DNA of 59,958 nucleotides, the filler included, from an uncultured bacterium (GTDB taxonomy: Bacteria > Hinthialibacterota > Hinthialibacteria > Hinthialibacterales > Hinthialibacteraceae), in the NCBI GenBank assembly GCA_964449065.1. It is 7 parts of 7 records of this genome, joined end to end, with 100 filler letters (N's around TTAATTAATTAA, not from the genome) between each part and the next. Parts side by side here need not be neighbours in the genome. Positions count along the whole stretch, not along the records: positions 26,138 to 34,574 come from CAYVAZ010000219.1; positions 34,675 to 43,054 come from CAYVAZ010000220.1; 5 more parts are not named here. One strand, given 5' to 3'. The translations under genes and the position numbers were made by a program. Below are positions 30,391 to 41,066 of the stretch, in pieces; within the stretch, counting starts at the first letter, position 1, and each line of letters opens with the position of its first letter. Below the pieces are notes generated by a model. It was not told the origin of the DNA, made no database searches, and was given only the letters and a program-made list of their open reading frames with translations.

Positions 30391-33300
30391 ATGAGACACG
30401 TTCGATTTTTGTTGGTATTTTTTTTCACGATATGCACGACCCTGCCCGCCTTATCCATAGCGGAAATGGAACAAGGCTGGATTTTTCTCTTTGATAACAA
30501 AATTGAAGAAGCACGCGAGGTCTTCGAAAATTATTTATCCAATCCGGAACCGCCCGAAGAAGCCCGCTTGGGCGCGGTGCTTTGTGATTGGGCGCAAGGG
30601 GATTACCCGGCTATGACCGAATCGTTGGGAACATTGATTGAGAATCATCCCAACAGTCCATACTTGCCCGGCTATTTGGCTTTGACGGAGATCAACGACT
30701 TGCAGGCGTGGGATCCCAAAGAGAGGATTGATAGTTTGCAAAGCGCATTGGATCGGGTGTCTTCCCTGCCCGCAAGACAGGCATTGCTGAACCGGTTGGC
30801 GAAGCTGCAATCCATGCGGTTGATGGATGAGACTAAAGCCACCGCAAAAGAAGCCGGGGTGGTATTGGATCATTGGAATGTGGTGGGGCCGTTCGGCAAA
30901 CACGGCTCGCCGGATATCTTCCACCCGTTCGGCCCGGAGCATGTCATTCAACAGACATACGATGGGTGGTTGGAAGAAGTATCCTTTCAACCGCTGGATG
31001 AAATTCATCACAATGGGTGGATTGAGTTTGATGGGTTAATCTATCCCCGCGCCGGGATTGCGTATGCCGTGAATGTAATTGAATCTACGGAAGCGCAACG
31101 TTATAACCTGATTGTCGAAAGCAATGCCGATTTGCGGGTATGGCTGAATGGAGAACCCTTATTCGAAAAATGCAAATTGAAGCATGATTATCATAAAGCC
31201 GTAACACGGGGTATAACCCTTAAGCAAGGAAAAAATGTGCTGGTAGTGAAAACCGCGTCCGACGGCAAATGGGATTTGCGGGTGCGCCTGCAAACCATGG
31301 ATGATACCATTCCAAACTGGAAAAGCGTTCCGTTTTCCGTGTCAGAAATGGCGCGGCATTATCTTCAGCACTTCGAGTCGAAAGATAGTTTTGCAAACGC
31401 CGATCAAGAAGAATACCCATTTTTTAAAAAATCTTCGGAAGAAAACAATCCGTATCAACCCGTTTGGAAAAACGTACTGTTAGCCGTCTGGCATCATGAG
31501 CGGGACGCGTTTGAAAAGGCGCTTACCGCGATTCAAGATGCGGATACCGGTGCCCGGAATTTCGCCCTGCTGCATTCGTTGAAAGGGGAAATCCATTTGG
31601 CGCAGGCTTCGGCGCGGCCTGCTTCCAAAACGCGGTTTCAACAATTGGCGGAGTCTTCGTTCAAGCAGGCGCTGGAATTGAATCCTACATCCAACGACGC
31701 GCTGGCCGGTCTGGTGAGTTATTATTTTGACCGCGATCAAATTGACCCGGCGCTGGAGTTGCTCAACGAGCATAAAGAAAACCATGGCGGCAGCCACAAC
31801 AATTTAATCGATTATTCATACGCGCTGTTGTACGCGCGCAAAGGGTTTGAGCATGAATCCGTGCGCCTGATGGAAAAAGCCCGGTTGAATTTATTGCCTT
31901 CCATCCAACTGCCGCAGCGTTTGTATGAATATTATCTGCGCAACGGGCATCTTGAAAAAGCACAGGACATTGCGAAGGAAGCGTTAGAACGGATTCCCGG
32001 TTATTTACCCTATATAAATCTTGCGGTTCGCTTGAGTGATCATGTTGAGGATACAACTGAAATCGAAACGGTGATTCAGAAGGCGGTAGACGCGTTTCCA
32101 CAGCATCTTGAATTCCCGCTTGCGTTGGGAAGATTGTATGAACAGACCGGGCGGCTTAAAAAAGCCCAAAGCATTTATCAGCAACTTCGGTTTGATTTCC
32201 CCGATCACCCCCAGCCCCTCAATAGGCTGGCGGATGTGAATACGCTGATTGAAAATCAAATCGATACCGAAACGTACCAAGCCTTGTATGACGCACACCC
32301 TGGTTCCAGCAAGGCGGTACGCGTGCTGCGCGATGCGGCAGACAAAGACTTTCCTTATCAAGAGTACGATGTGCATTTGGATGATATCGATATCAAGGTA
32401 GCCGACCGGTGGGAAAATACCCGCGCGTCATCGATTTATTTGATTGATATGATGGTGCTGGTTCTGCATGAAAACGGCACGTACGACCAATATATCCATC
32501 AAGCGATCAAAATCCTGAATCAAGAAGGCGTGCAGGATTGGGCGGAAGTGGTTATCCCCCAAGCGGGTGAAACAGAAATCATCTTCGGGCGTACGATCAA
32601 TCCGGACGGCACCGAATGGGCAATCTCGCACCGGCAGGATTTGGGCGGACAGCAGTCGCTATCGATGTACGGCGTTGAAGAAGGGTCGATTGTTGAATAC
32701 GCCTATTTGCAGCGTTCCGGTCTATTGGACCCGGGAAGCAATGTGTATTCGGGCGGGTACTTCTTCGGTACGGAAAACGACCACATGCTGCTCTCAAAGC
32801 TCACGGTACTGCGCCACAAAGATGTGCCGTTTCATGTCGATGTAAATGGAGAACTCCGTTCTACCGTGACCGAAAAAGGGGATTGGATCGTATACGATTG
32901 GGAAAAGTGGATGTCGGACGGCATTAAGCCGGAACGGTTCGCTCCCACATTATCAAAACGTGTTCCCGCCCTGCAAATGTCGACGGGAAGCGATTGGATG
33001 CCGTTTGCGGAACGGATGCGGGCTACGGTTTATCCGTTTGAAGAGCGTTCAAACCTCATTGCCGCCAAAGCCGAAGAGATCGCGAAAGGCGTGGAGTTGA
33101 ATGACGCAAAAGTCGAACGCATTTATCATTGGATTCAAGAGACTATCGAAGATTCATCCGGCGGACAGACCACGGTTGATACCTTTACCCTGCAAGCGGG
33201 CAACCGCTATCAAAAAATTCGCTTGGCCAATCAGATGATCCGGTCTCTCGGCATTCAAACCAAACTGGCCGCGGCGTTGGAAAACGATGAGCGCGACGGG

Positions 33301-34161
33301 TACCGGCCGCTGCCGTTCCCCAATTATCCATCCACAAGCGTACTGATTGTGCCCGAGCAGGATGGCATCCATGAGCGTATTGTGATTGATTTCAGCAGCC
33401 GCTTCGCCCCGTTTAATCAAATCAATCCGGCGTTGCGCAAGCATGTAGCCTTGGTGTTGGATGAGCACACCCCTTACTTCGAGCCGCTCGATCCCGAATG
33501 GTGGGAACATGGGCTGCTGATGCGGCAGGCCTGGTTGGAGATGAGCATCGATGCAGCGGCTATCACCGGGCGGTATACTTACGATCATGGTTATGATGAA
33601 CAAATCCGGCAGGCATTGACCAACCCGGAAGTGAAGCAGCGGTTGGCGGACGCGCAGATCGCCAACGATCTGCGGGGTGTTCAGGTTTCTGAGTATGACA
33701 TTTTAAATGTAGATGATATATCCAAACCGCCGGTATTGAGTTTTTCAGGCAAACTGCCCGGCGCGGTCATCAAAACAGGTGAGAATGAATATCAGTTTAA
33801 GCCGGTGTTGATGAAGGTGGATGCATCCGGCTTGGTATCCGATACCACGCGCGAATCGCCGGTCACCTTTAACGGCAGCCCCAAATACGAGCCGGTAGAG
33901 TTGGCGTTTGATATGACGTCTATCCTCTCGAAGGGCGCCAGAATCGTCCTGCCAGAGAATTCATTCATCATCAGTGAATTCGGGTATTACTCGCTGTTTT
34001 ACGCATGGGATGGAAAGGTGCTGAAGGTGAGACGGTCATTTTTGATTCCCGACCAAACGATTGCCCCGGAAGATTATCAACGCTTTGTTGAATTTTGCCG
34101 GGAAATTGACCAGATCGAAGACCGCACGGTGCGGATAAGATCGATTCCAAAAGCCGGATGA
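30391..34161 (+). CDS. large secreted TPR + DUF3857 + degenerate transglutaminase-like protein
   Basis: Signal peptide; VGPF...FGPE domain; TPRs; GVEEGSIVEYAY; AGNRYQK in place of GDCKDK; C-terminus YQRFVEFCREID parallels the upstream paralog. Confidence 0.8.
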   Translation: MRHVRFLLVFFFTICTTLPALSIAEMEQGWIFLFDNKIEEAREVFENYLSNPEPPEEARLGAVLCDWAQGDYPAMTESLGTLIENHPNSPYLPGYLALTEINDLQAWDPKERIDSLQSALDRVSSLPARQALLNRLAKLQSMRLMDETKATAKEAGVVLDHWNVVGPFGKHGSPDIFHPFGPEHVIQQTYDGWLEEVSFQPLDEIHHNGWIEFDGLIYPRAGIAYAVNVIESTEAQRYNLIVESNADLRVWLNGEPLFEKCKLKHDYHKAVTRGITLKQGKNVLVVKTASDGKWDLRVRLQTMDDTIPNWKSVPFSVSEMARHYLQHFESKDSFANADQEEYPFFKKSSEENNPYQPVWKNVLLAVWHHERDAFEKALTAIQDADTGARNFALLHSLKGEIHLAQASARPASKTRFQQLAESSFKQALELNPTSNDALAGLVSYYFDRDQIDPALELLNEHKENHGGSHNNLIDYSYALLYARKGFEHESVRLMEKARLNLLPSIQLPQRLYEYYLRNGHLEKAQDIAKEALERIPGYLPYINLAVRLSDHVEDTTEIETVIQKAVDAFPQHLEFPLALGRLYEQTGRLKKAQSIYQQLRFDFPDHPQPLNRLADVNTLIENQIDTETYQALYDAHPGSSKAVRVLRDAADKDFPYQEYDVHLDDIDIKVADRWENTRASSIYLIDMMVLVLHENGTYDQYIHQAIKILNQEGVQDWAEVVIPQAGETEIIFGRTINPDGTEWAISHRQDLGGQQSLSMYGVEEGSIVEYAYLQRSGLLDPGSNVYSGGYFFGTENDHMLLSKLTVLRHKDVPFHVDVNGELRSTVTEKGDWIVYDWEKWMSDGIKPERFAPTLSKRVPALQMSTGSDWMPFAERMRATVYPFEERSNLIAAKAEEIAKGVELNDAKVERIYHWIQETIEDSSGGQTTVDTFTLQAGNRYQKIRLANQMIRSLGIQTKLAAALENDERDGYRPLPFPNYPSTSVLIVPEQDGIHERIVIDFSSRFAPFNQINPALRKHVALVLDEHTPYFEPLDPEWWEHGLLMRQAWLEMSIDAAAITGRYTYDHGYDEQIRQALTNPEVKQRLADAQIANDLRGVQVSEYDILNVDDISKPPVLSFSGKLPGAVIKTGENEYQFKPVLMKVDASGLVSDTTRESPVTFNGSPKYEPVELAFDMTSILSKGARIVLPENSFIISEFGYYSLFYAWDGKVLKVRRSFLIPDQTIAPEDYQRFVEFCREIDQIEDRTVRIRSIPKAG

Positions 34162-34248
34162 AATTCTCCGAAGCATTTCGGCAAGGATAAATGAATAGCT
34201 TTACCGCAAAAGCATAGGTCTATGAGGGTTCGGTGCTTGTCACTTGTC

Positions 34249-34574
34249 ATACCATTTCCAATTTGGATTGTTCACTCAAATCAAAACGGCTTAACAGATT
34301 GCTTCGTTTGATTGCCAAGGAAATTACTTTTTAAAAATAGGATGAATCTTTCTGGTTTATGGTTCTCTTCGCAGCCCTCTCTGTCCTCCTTGCGTCGGAC
34401 ATCACCCCCAAATGATTTGGGGGTGACATTATCTTTGTAGGAGACAAAGGCTTTTGCAGGCTGGAAGCCTGCACCACATTTTTCATCCGCGAATGAACGC
34501 GTATGCACGCGAATAACAGCGGGGGCATACTCAGATATTAGAGTTTCATATCAGTTTTATTTTGGATTATCGGG
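34249..34574. mobile_element. ATACCA-type MITE-like element with REP cargo, truncated by contig end
   Basis: Inverted homologue of 53428-53634; distal half matches ~13308-13512. Confidence 0.75.
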
Positions 34575-34676
34575 NNNNNNNNNNNNNNNNNNNNNNNNNN
34601 NNNNNNNNNNNNNNNNNNTTAATTAATTAANNNNNNNNNNNNNNNNNNNNNNNNNNNNNNNNNNNNNNNNNNNNAA

Positions 34677-36215
34677 GAACTGCTGAAAGCCAACGCGGTT
34701 TATACCTCTCTGGTGGAAAACATTCCACAGTTGTTGATCCGCAAGGATTTGAACGGCGTGATTACCTATATAAACCATACGGGCTGCAAATTGTTTGGGA
34801 AACCGTATAAAGAACTGGTGGGCAAGACCGATTATGAACTCTTTCCGCAAGAATTAGCGGAGAAATATGTAAGCGACGACAAGCATTTAATCGAAACCCG
34901 GGAAACCATCGATGTGACGGAAGAGAATATAGACGCGCAGGGAAAAACGATCATTTTTCACACCACCAAAACGCCAATTGTGGATGAAAACGATAATTTG
35001 GTGGGGCTGCAAATTATTTCGTGGGATGTGACCAAACAGCGCGAGCAAGAAGAAAAACTCAAGAAGAGCGAAGAGTTCACCCGCGCCATTTTAGACTCGC
35101 TGAGTTCGCACATCGCCATCCTCGATGAAGACGGAACCATTATTCACGTCAATCAAGCGTGGCGGGATTATGCCATAAGCAATTGCGCTATCAATATCAA
35201 AGAGAGGAACTATTTTGAAGGCGTGAACTACTTGGATTTGTGCCGCAAGGTAGCCGAGGCGGGAGAAGAAGAATCCAAAGACGCCGTGGCGGTTTATCAT
35301 GGAATCGAGGATATACTATCCAATCATCAGGTGGAATTTTATTATCAATATCCCTGCCATTCACCGACTGAAAAATGCTGGTTTAACGTCAAGGTAACCC
35401 GCTTAAAACTGGAAGACGCAAAGCATGTTGTGGTGGCGCATGAAAACATCACCGAACAAAAGAAGTTGGAAGAAATGCTCTATCAAACCCAAAAAATGGA
35501 AGCGGTGGGGCAATTGGCCAGCGGGATTGCCCATGATTTTAACAATTTGCATTGGATCATCAAATCCAACACGCAGTTTTTAATGATGGACATGGACCCG
35601 AATTCCAAGGCCAATGAAGACGCGCAAGAGATAATCTCCACGGTTGAGCGGGCTTCCGCCTTAACCAAAGAGTTAATTACCCTAAGCCACAGGCAATCGG
35701 CCGCACCGCAATCCGTTCGCATCCAAGAGCTGATCCCGCAATTCCTCCATTCCATCATGCGCATCGCCGGAAAGGAGATCCAGGTGCATACCGTTCTGAA
35801 TCCTGAAACCAAAGCGGTGATGATCGACCCCTCACAGTTTGAACAAATCGTGTTGAATTTGGCGATCAACGCATGTGAAGCCATGCCGGAGGGAGGCGAG
35901 TTAACGCTGGCGGCCGGCAATGTAGAGCTGGATGCAAGCGATGTGCTGCATCACAAAACCATTGCCGGGGGTGAATTTGTCTGGCTATCTGTTAAAGACT
36001 CCGGCAAAGGGATGGACGAAGAAACCAAATCGAAGATATTCAACCCGTTTTTCACCACCAAAGACGCCGGGAAAGGGACGGGATTGGGGCTGTCAACCGT
36101 CCACGGCATTGTAGAGCAAAGCGGCGGCTTTATTGAAGTGAAAACGGAACCGGGTATGGGCAGCGAATTTAAACTGTATTTTCCCGTTTCTGATAAGCAA
36201 ACTGGAAATCCATAA
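34677..36215 (+). CDS. PAS-domain sensor histidine kinase, 5' partial
   Basis: Two PAS/PAC domains; QKMEAVGQLASGIAHDFNN; NLAINA, DSGKGM, PFFTTK..GKGTGLGL boxes. Confidence 0.95.
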   Translation, partial: ELLKANAVYTSLVENIPQLLIRKDLNGVITYINHTGCKLFGKPYKELVGKTDYELFPQELAEKYVSDDKHLIETRETIDVTEENIDAQGKTIIFHTTKTPIVDENDNLVGLQIISWDVTKQREQEEKLKKSEEFTRAILDSLSSHIAILDEDGTIIHVNQAWRDYAISNCAINIKERNYFEGVNYLDLCRKVAEAGEEESKDAVAVYHGIEDILSNHQVEFYYQYPCHSPTEKCWFNVKVTRLKLEDAKHVVVAHENITEQKKLEEMLYQTQKMEAVGQLASGIAHDFNNLHWIIKSNTQFLMMDMDPNSKANEDAQEIISTVERASALTKELITLSHRQSAAPQSVRIQELIPQFLHSIMRIAGKEIQVHTVLNPETKAVMIDPSQFEQIVLNLAINACEAMPEGGELTLAAGNVELDASDVLHHKTIAGGEFVWLSVKDSGKGMDEETKSKIFNPFFTTKDAGKGTGLGLSTVHGIVEQSGGFIEVKTEPGMGSEFKLYFPVSDKQTGNP

Positions 36216-36265
36216 AGGATAAAATGATAGTTGGTTATCCGTTGTTTCCCCCTTTGAAAAGGGAG

Positions 36266-36307
36266 GGGGGATCGATCCCCGTCAATAAAACGTTGACACT
36301 GTACTAG
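36266..36307. repeat. 42-bp CTAG-terminated repeat end
   Basis: GGGGGATCGATCCCCGTCAATAAAACGTTGACACTGTACTAG, one mismatch to 26260-26301; related inverted CTAGTACTTTGTCAA near 51279. Confidence 0.75.
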
Positions 36308-36314
36308 AGAGTAC

Positions 36315-37457
36315 ATGGAATTTTTGGAGTTGCAAAAGCCGATGGCAGATAAAAAAGACAAAATAAAAGAGCAAAAAAACAAACCAATCAAAGATGAGTT
36401 GAACGCGTTCAAACTGCGGAAAAACTTTTCGGCGGATGATGTCCAAAATCTGATCAACAATATGGACAGCGTGATATCGGAATACAAAGCGGAACAAAAA
36501 GGCTTTGATCCAGCAACCATGGTCAAAACCGTGCGCGGGGGCAAAACCGTTTGGATCACCAAGGAAGAGATGAACGCCGCGCTCTCCAAACGCCGCCGGA
36601 TTTTTGCCAAAGAACATGCCAAAGATTATGCCAAACAACCGCAAGAAGGATTGCAAGAATCGTCTGAATCGTACCGCCGCTTAACCATCTGCCAGAATTT
36701 AATTGATACCATCCGCATGGTCTCGGCGGAAAAAAGTATGCCCTTTGTGAAGTATAAGCGCAATCTGGAAGCGCAGATGAACCAATCGTCCAGCCAGGCC
36801 AAAGACTACCGCATGATCGAAGAAGCCCTGCGCCGCAAAAAAGAAGAAGACCCGCTCTACCGTGAAATGCAAAACGCCAATGAAAAAATGATGCAGGCAT
36901 TGGAAGACAACAATCTTACCGACGCGGATATCTGCCAAACCTATTACAACAAGCATTTGGATGAATACGAATCGATTCAAAAGCGGATCGACTCGTATCA
37001 AAAGCGCGCGGAAGAAAGCAAAGAAACCTATCTGGCCACCAAACGAAAAGTGTATTGCATCCAATATGAGATGATACGGCGGGGCAGCAAAGTTTTTGTT
37101 GATTTTATCAAAGAACTGATGTACTTTGATCCGGAGGGGCATTTTTCTAAAAATACCGTATCGCTGTTAAAAACCTTACAAGCCAATTTGAAAGAGAACG
37201 ATTCATTGATCCGCCACTTACACAAAGCCCCCATGGAAGAACTGAAATCCAACCCGGCGCAATTTTCGTCCGCCGATAACGCGGTGATGCAGTTGTTCGA
37301 TGACTTGCTGCTGTTTTTAGAAAGTTTCAACCATGCCTGGAACCATTGTGTATTGGATGACCCCAAAAAGTCCATAAAAAAGATGCCGGCACAAAAAGAT
37401 GCCGCGCAGCCAACCGCGGCCCGAATGGCATTTTCAACAAAACCCGAATCGGAGTAA
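36315..37457 (+). CDS. hypothetical helical/coiled-coil protein
   Basis: Long ORF rich in K/E/Q with genome-typical codon style; start may be 36342. Confidence 0.75.
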   Translation: MEFLELQKPMADKKDKIKEQKNKPIKDELNAFKLRKNFSADDVQNLINNMDSVISEYKAEQKGFDPATMVKTVRGGKTVWITKEEMNAALSKRRRIFAKEHAKDYAKQPQEGLQESSESYRRLTICQNLIDTIRMVSAEKSMPFVKYKRNLEAQMNQSSSQAKDYRMIEEALRRKKEEDPLYREMQNANEKMMQALEDNNLTDADICQTYYNKHLDEYESIQKRIDSYQKRAEESKETYLATKRKVYCIQYEMIRRGSKVFVDFIKELMYFDPEGHFSKNTVSLLKTLQANLKENDSLIRHLHKAPMEELKSNPAQFSSADNAVMQLFDDLLLFLESFNHAWNHCVLDDPKKSIKKMPAQKDAAQPTAARMAFSTKPESE

Positions 37458-37495
37458 TCCGGGTAATATAAAGCCAGGCTTTAAGAAAAACGAAA

Positions 37496-39244
37496 ATGAC
37501 ACATGCAAAGGCCATACCGCGATCCGCTCAAACTCATGACCATATCGGTCAGGCTATTGGTGTGCTTCTAGAAGGCATTCACAAGGCAGTGGACAATTTA
37601 AAGCAAAACCCCGAATCCAGAAAATTGCGCTTCATCATTGAACTGGAGCAGATGCACAGTTTTCTGGATTCGTTTGTCATCATGTATGAAAACATGCCGG
37701 AACAGATTGTACGCAACACGATTTTGAATACCGCAAAGACCATCATCAAAAAGTGGCCTTCCCTCCCTACCCATATCACCGCAAGGCTGCAAGATGTACG
37801 GATTGACAAACACAGCCAATTGCCGGAATTCGTACGGGAAATGCTTACGCATATCGGCCCATCTGTTCGCCTCAGCAAAAATGAAATGAAAGCCTGGATA
37901 CGGGTTGATCCAGATTTTGCTTCACTCTTCACGCCGGAAATGATCATGCAAGCGCTGCAAAACAGCGGCATTACCGTTGGGGTTTCGCAAGAGGCAGTAA
38001 AAGACTTGCTGGAATCGCAACGGTTCGGCGAAGAAATCCTGGTGGCTGAAGGCATGGATCCCAAACCGGGGCAAAACGGCCGGTTGGACTATTGCATCGA
38101 TGTAAACGATTTGGGCAAAACGCCCAAGCAGCTAGCAGACGGAAGCGTATCTTTTAAAGATATTACGTTGTATGAATACTTATCCAAAGGGGATAAGCTG
38201 GCGGATATCATGCCGCCCATTCCCGGAGAGACGGGCTATACGGTGACCAACAAACCAGTGCATCCGGTGGATGTACAAGAAGCAAACATCCCCCAAATGC
38301 GGTACGCGAAATTATCGGATGACGGAAAAGCCTTGGTGGTTACCGAAGACTGCTGTGTCTCGAAAAAATTCGGCCTCCTTAACTTAGAGCCTACCGTGCG
38401 TGTGGATGGCAGCATATCGTATGGTTCCGGCAACATCGATTCCAACGTATCCGTATTGGTAACGGAAGGGGTGAATACGGATTTTTCCGTTCAATCCAAG
38501 AAAGATATCGTGATCCATGGAATCGTCGAAGGGGCCCAAATTCGTTCTGAGGGAACTATTACCATCAAAGGCGGAATTCAGGGGAAGGAAAAAGCGCGAA
38601 TCGAAGCGAAGGGAGATATTCATACAAAACTAATCCGCAATGCCTCCGTAAGCTGCGAAGGAGATTTATACGTTGCGAGTGAGATATTGAACTCCAAAAT
38701 CATTTCCGATGGAAAAGTCGTCCTCTCTCAGCCGCCCGCTCAAATCATCGGGGGAGAAGTGGAAGCGGACTTGGCGATTATCGCCGATACCATCGGGTCG
38801 GATATGGGAGTGACGACCATCATTAAGTTGGGCGGAAAAACGGAAGAGTTTCAACGCCTGCTGCAAGAAACCGAAGAACAAATTGAAGAACAAGAAAGCC
38901 GCTTGGATGCGTGTCAACAACTGCTGCAGAACCTGGAACTGCACATGTCCAATTCCTCCGCCGACATCGAAGAGATGAAGAAAGCCTATGCCAAAGCGAA
39001 ACAAATGCAGTCTACCGTGCAAGACCGGTTGGATGGGTTATATCAGGAACAGGAAGATCTCATGATTCAATTGGATGAAAGCGCGCAGCAGTCCCGGTCC
39101 ATAAAGGCCAAAACGACTATATGGAACGGCACCAAAATCATTATTTCCGGGGTGGAGTTGGATATCCATGAACCGACCGGGCCCGCTATGGCGGTATTAA
39201 GCGGTGAAGAAATTTCGATTTTGCCGTATAGTGGAAACTCGTAA
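37496..39244 (+). CDS. FapA (DUF342) family protein with N-terminal extension
   Basis: VAEG..PKPGQNG, P.PGETGYTV, GNID...V.V, GIVEGA.I...G.I.IKGGIQG, IIGG, IGSDMGVTT. Confidence 0.85.
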   Translation: MTHAKAIPRSAQTHDHIGQAIGVLLEGIHKAVDNLKQNPESRKLRFIIELEQMHSFLDSFVIMYENMPEQIVRNTILNTAKTIIKKWPSLPTHITARLQDVRIDKHSQLPEFVREMLTHIGPSVRLSKNEMKAWIRVDPDFASLFTPEMIMQALQNSGITVGVSQEAVKDLLESQRFGEEILVAEGMDPKPGQNGRLDYCIDVNDLGKTPKQLADGSVSFKDITLYEYLSKGDKLADIMPPIPGETGYTVTNKPVHPVDVQEANIPQMRYAKLSDDGKALVVTEDCCVSKKFGLLNLEPTVRVDGSISYGSGNIDSNVSVLVTEGVNTDFSVQSKKDIVIHGIVEGAQIRSEGTITIKGGIQGKEKARIEAKGDIHTKLIRNASVSCEGDLYVASEILNSKIISDGKVVLSQPPAQIIGGEVEADLAIIADTIGSDMGVTTIIKLGGKTEEFQRLLQETEEQIEEQESRLDACQQLLQNLELHMSNSSADIEEMKKAYAKAKQMQSTVQDRLDGLYQEQEDLMIQLDESAQQSRSIKAKTTIWNGTKIIISGVELDIHEPTGPAMAVLSGEEISILPYSGNS

Positions 39245-39267
39245 GTCTTTAACATTGGCAGCCAATT

Positions 39268-41055
39268 ATGACCGATAAACATCAATCCGATACATCATCC
39301 AGCCAACAATTCAAAGAGGATACCTTTGTCTCCGATGAATCGATTCAAGAGTTCCAGGAGGATTTGCGCGAGGCGGAAAAAGAACGGCTGCAAACCGGCC
39401 AACGCCGCAAAGAGATGATGGATGACCTGCGCGAAAGTTTTCATTCCAAAGATACAACCACTACCCTACAAGAAAACAAAAAAGAAAACGAGCGCCTATT
39501 CACGGAAGGCTCCATCCAAGACCTGGACAACATCTCCAAAACATTGCACCGGGAGATTCAGTCCCTACAATCCAAAGAAGGAATATCCAAAACCGCAAAA
39601 TCTTTATTCCAATCCTTTCAAACCAAAAGCCGCGCGTTGATTGAAAAAAAGAAACTATACGAAACCATCCAAAGCAATGTGAATCACGCGAATTCAGATG
39701 ACAATCTTGCTTCTACTCAGAAAGGAATTGATCCGCAAAAACTGCCGTCCGTGTTACAGGCTTTGTCGCGTGATATCCAAACCTTATCGCAAAATCTGCT
39801 TACGTTGTATCAACAATTGGATGAAACGCTGTTTTCCGATTTGGAATCCGAAGCGTTCGCTCAGCAGTTGTTCTATTCTTCCATGGCTTTAATCAAAGGG
39901 GACCTCCGGCAAAAAGTTATCCGCCTTTGCAAAACCAAATGCCAAAAAGCGATGATAGAACAACGCACGACCGTTTATAAGAAATTAGTAGAGCAACTGG
40001 CAGCAAAAGAGAAGCAAATAGCACGGCTTATACACCAGATGGCACGCGCTAAAGCGCGTGAGTATGAAAAACTCTCCTATCAAAAACTCGCGGTAAAAGA
40101 ATTGTGTTTCGCCGTATCGTTAGACAAAGACGATGCTTCCACATACCGCATGTTGTACAAATTGTTCATCACGTTGGGCGACGAACAAAAGGCTTTTACC
40201 TCTTTACGGCAAATGCTGCGCCTCAAGCCAGAGGATAACGTATTGCGAAAAAAGGTTGCGCGGTATTGGCAGAAACTCGGCCAACTTTCCAACGCGATTG
40301 AAGAATACAAAATACTGGTAGAGCATCCAAAAGAAGACATCGCAACCCGGAAAGAATTGGGAGAACTGTATTTTGAACATCAAAACTTTTCCGATGTCCC
40401 ATCGGCACTCCAACCCTATTTAGAACAGTATCCGCAGGATATGGAAGCCAAAAAGTGGGTTGCTATATCATTTATGAACTGCGAACTCTATTCCAACGCC
40501 ATCCGGGAGTTTGAAGAACTGCTGGAAGCATTTCCCGATGATACCGAGTGCATGAAACACCTGGTTTATTCCTACCGCAAAATCAACCTGCACCAACAAG
40601 CCGTTGATTTGCTGACCGGCCGAATGAAGAATCACCCTCAACAACATGTATTGCGGTTGATGCTGGGAGCGGTGTATCAAGAAAACGGCGATTGGAAGGA
40701 AGCCGGGGAAGTCTATGAAACGCTCTTGCAATCCGGAATGCAATCGTCTTCTGTCTTGCTGGCGGCCGCCCAGGTCAAGCAAATGTTTCATCAGGATGAA
40801 ACCGCCATGCAGTATGTAAAGCAAGCGGCGGAGATGGATCCCAAACGATGGGATGTGTGGCTGGAGCTTGGTAAAATGCAGCGCAACGCTATGCAGTTAG
40901 AGGAAGCGGAAAATACGTTTAAAAAGGCGGCGGAACTCTCGGCAGCGAATCCTGCCGTTCATCAAGAGCAGATGCTTCTGTATTCCATGACCGGCGACTG
41001 GGAGAAGGCTTCTCAAGTAATGAGTCAATCGAAATCAATTAATAGTTTGCCATAA
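39268..41055 (+). CDS. coiled-coil plus TPR protein
   Basis: Coiled-coil N-half and multiple TPR units in the C-half. Confidence 0.8.
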   Translation: MTDKHQSDTSSSQQFKEDTFVSDESIQEFQEDLREAEKERLQTGQRRKEMMDDLRESFHSKDTTTTLQENKKENERLFTEGSIQDLDNISKTLHREIQSLQSKEGISKTAKSLFQSFQTKSRALIEKKKLYETIQSNVNHANSDDNLASTQKGIDPQKLPSVLQALSRDIQTLSQNLLTLYQQLDETLFSDLESEAFAQQLFYSSMALIKGDLRQKVIRLCKTKCQKAMIEQRTTVYKKLVEQLAAKEKQIARLIHQMARAKAREYEKLSYQKLAVKELCFAVSLDKDDASTYRMLYKLFITLGDEQKAFTSLRQMLRLKPEDNVLRKKVARYWQKLGQLSNAIEEYKILVEHPKEDIATRKELGELYFEHQNFSDVPSALQPYLEQYPQDMEAKKWVAISFMNCELYSNAIREFEELLEAFPDDTECMKHLVYSYRKINLHQQAVDLLTGRMKNHPQQHVLRLMLGAVYQENGDWKEAGEVYETLLQSGMQSSSVLLAAAQVKQMFHQDETAMQYVKQAAEMDPKRWDVWLELGKMQRNAMQLEEAENTFKKAAELSAANPAVHQEQMLLYSMTGDWEKASQVMSQSKSINSLP

Positions 41056-41066
41056 AGGATTTAGAC

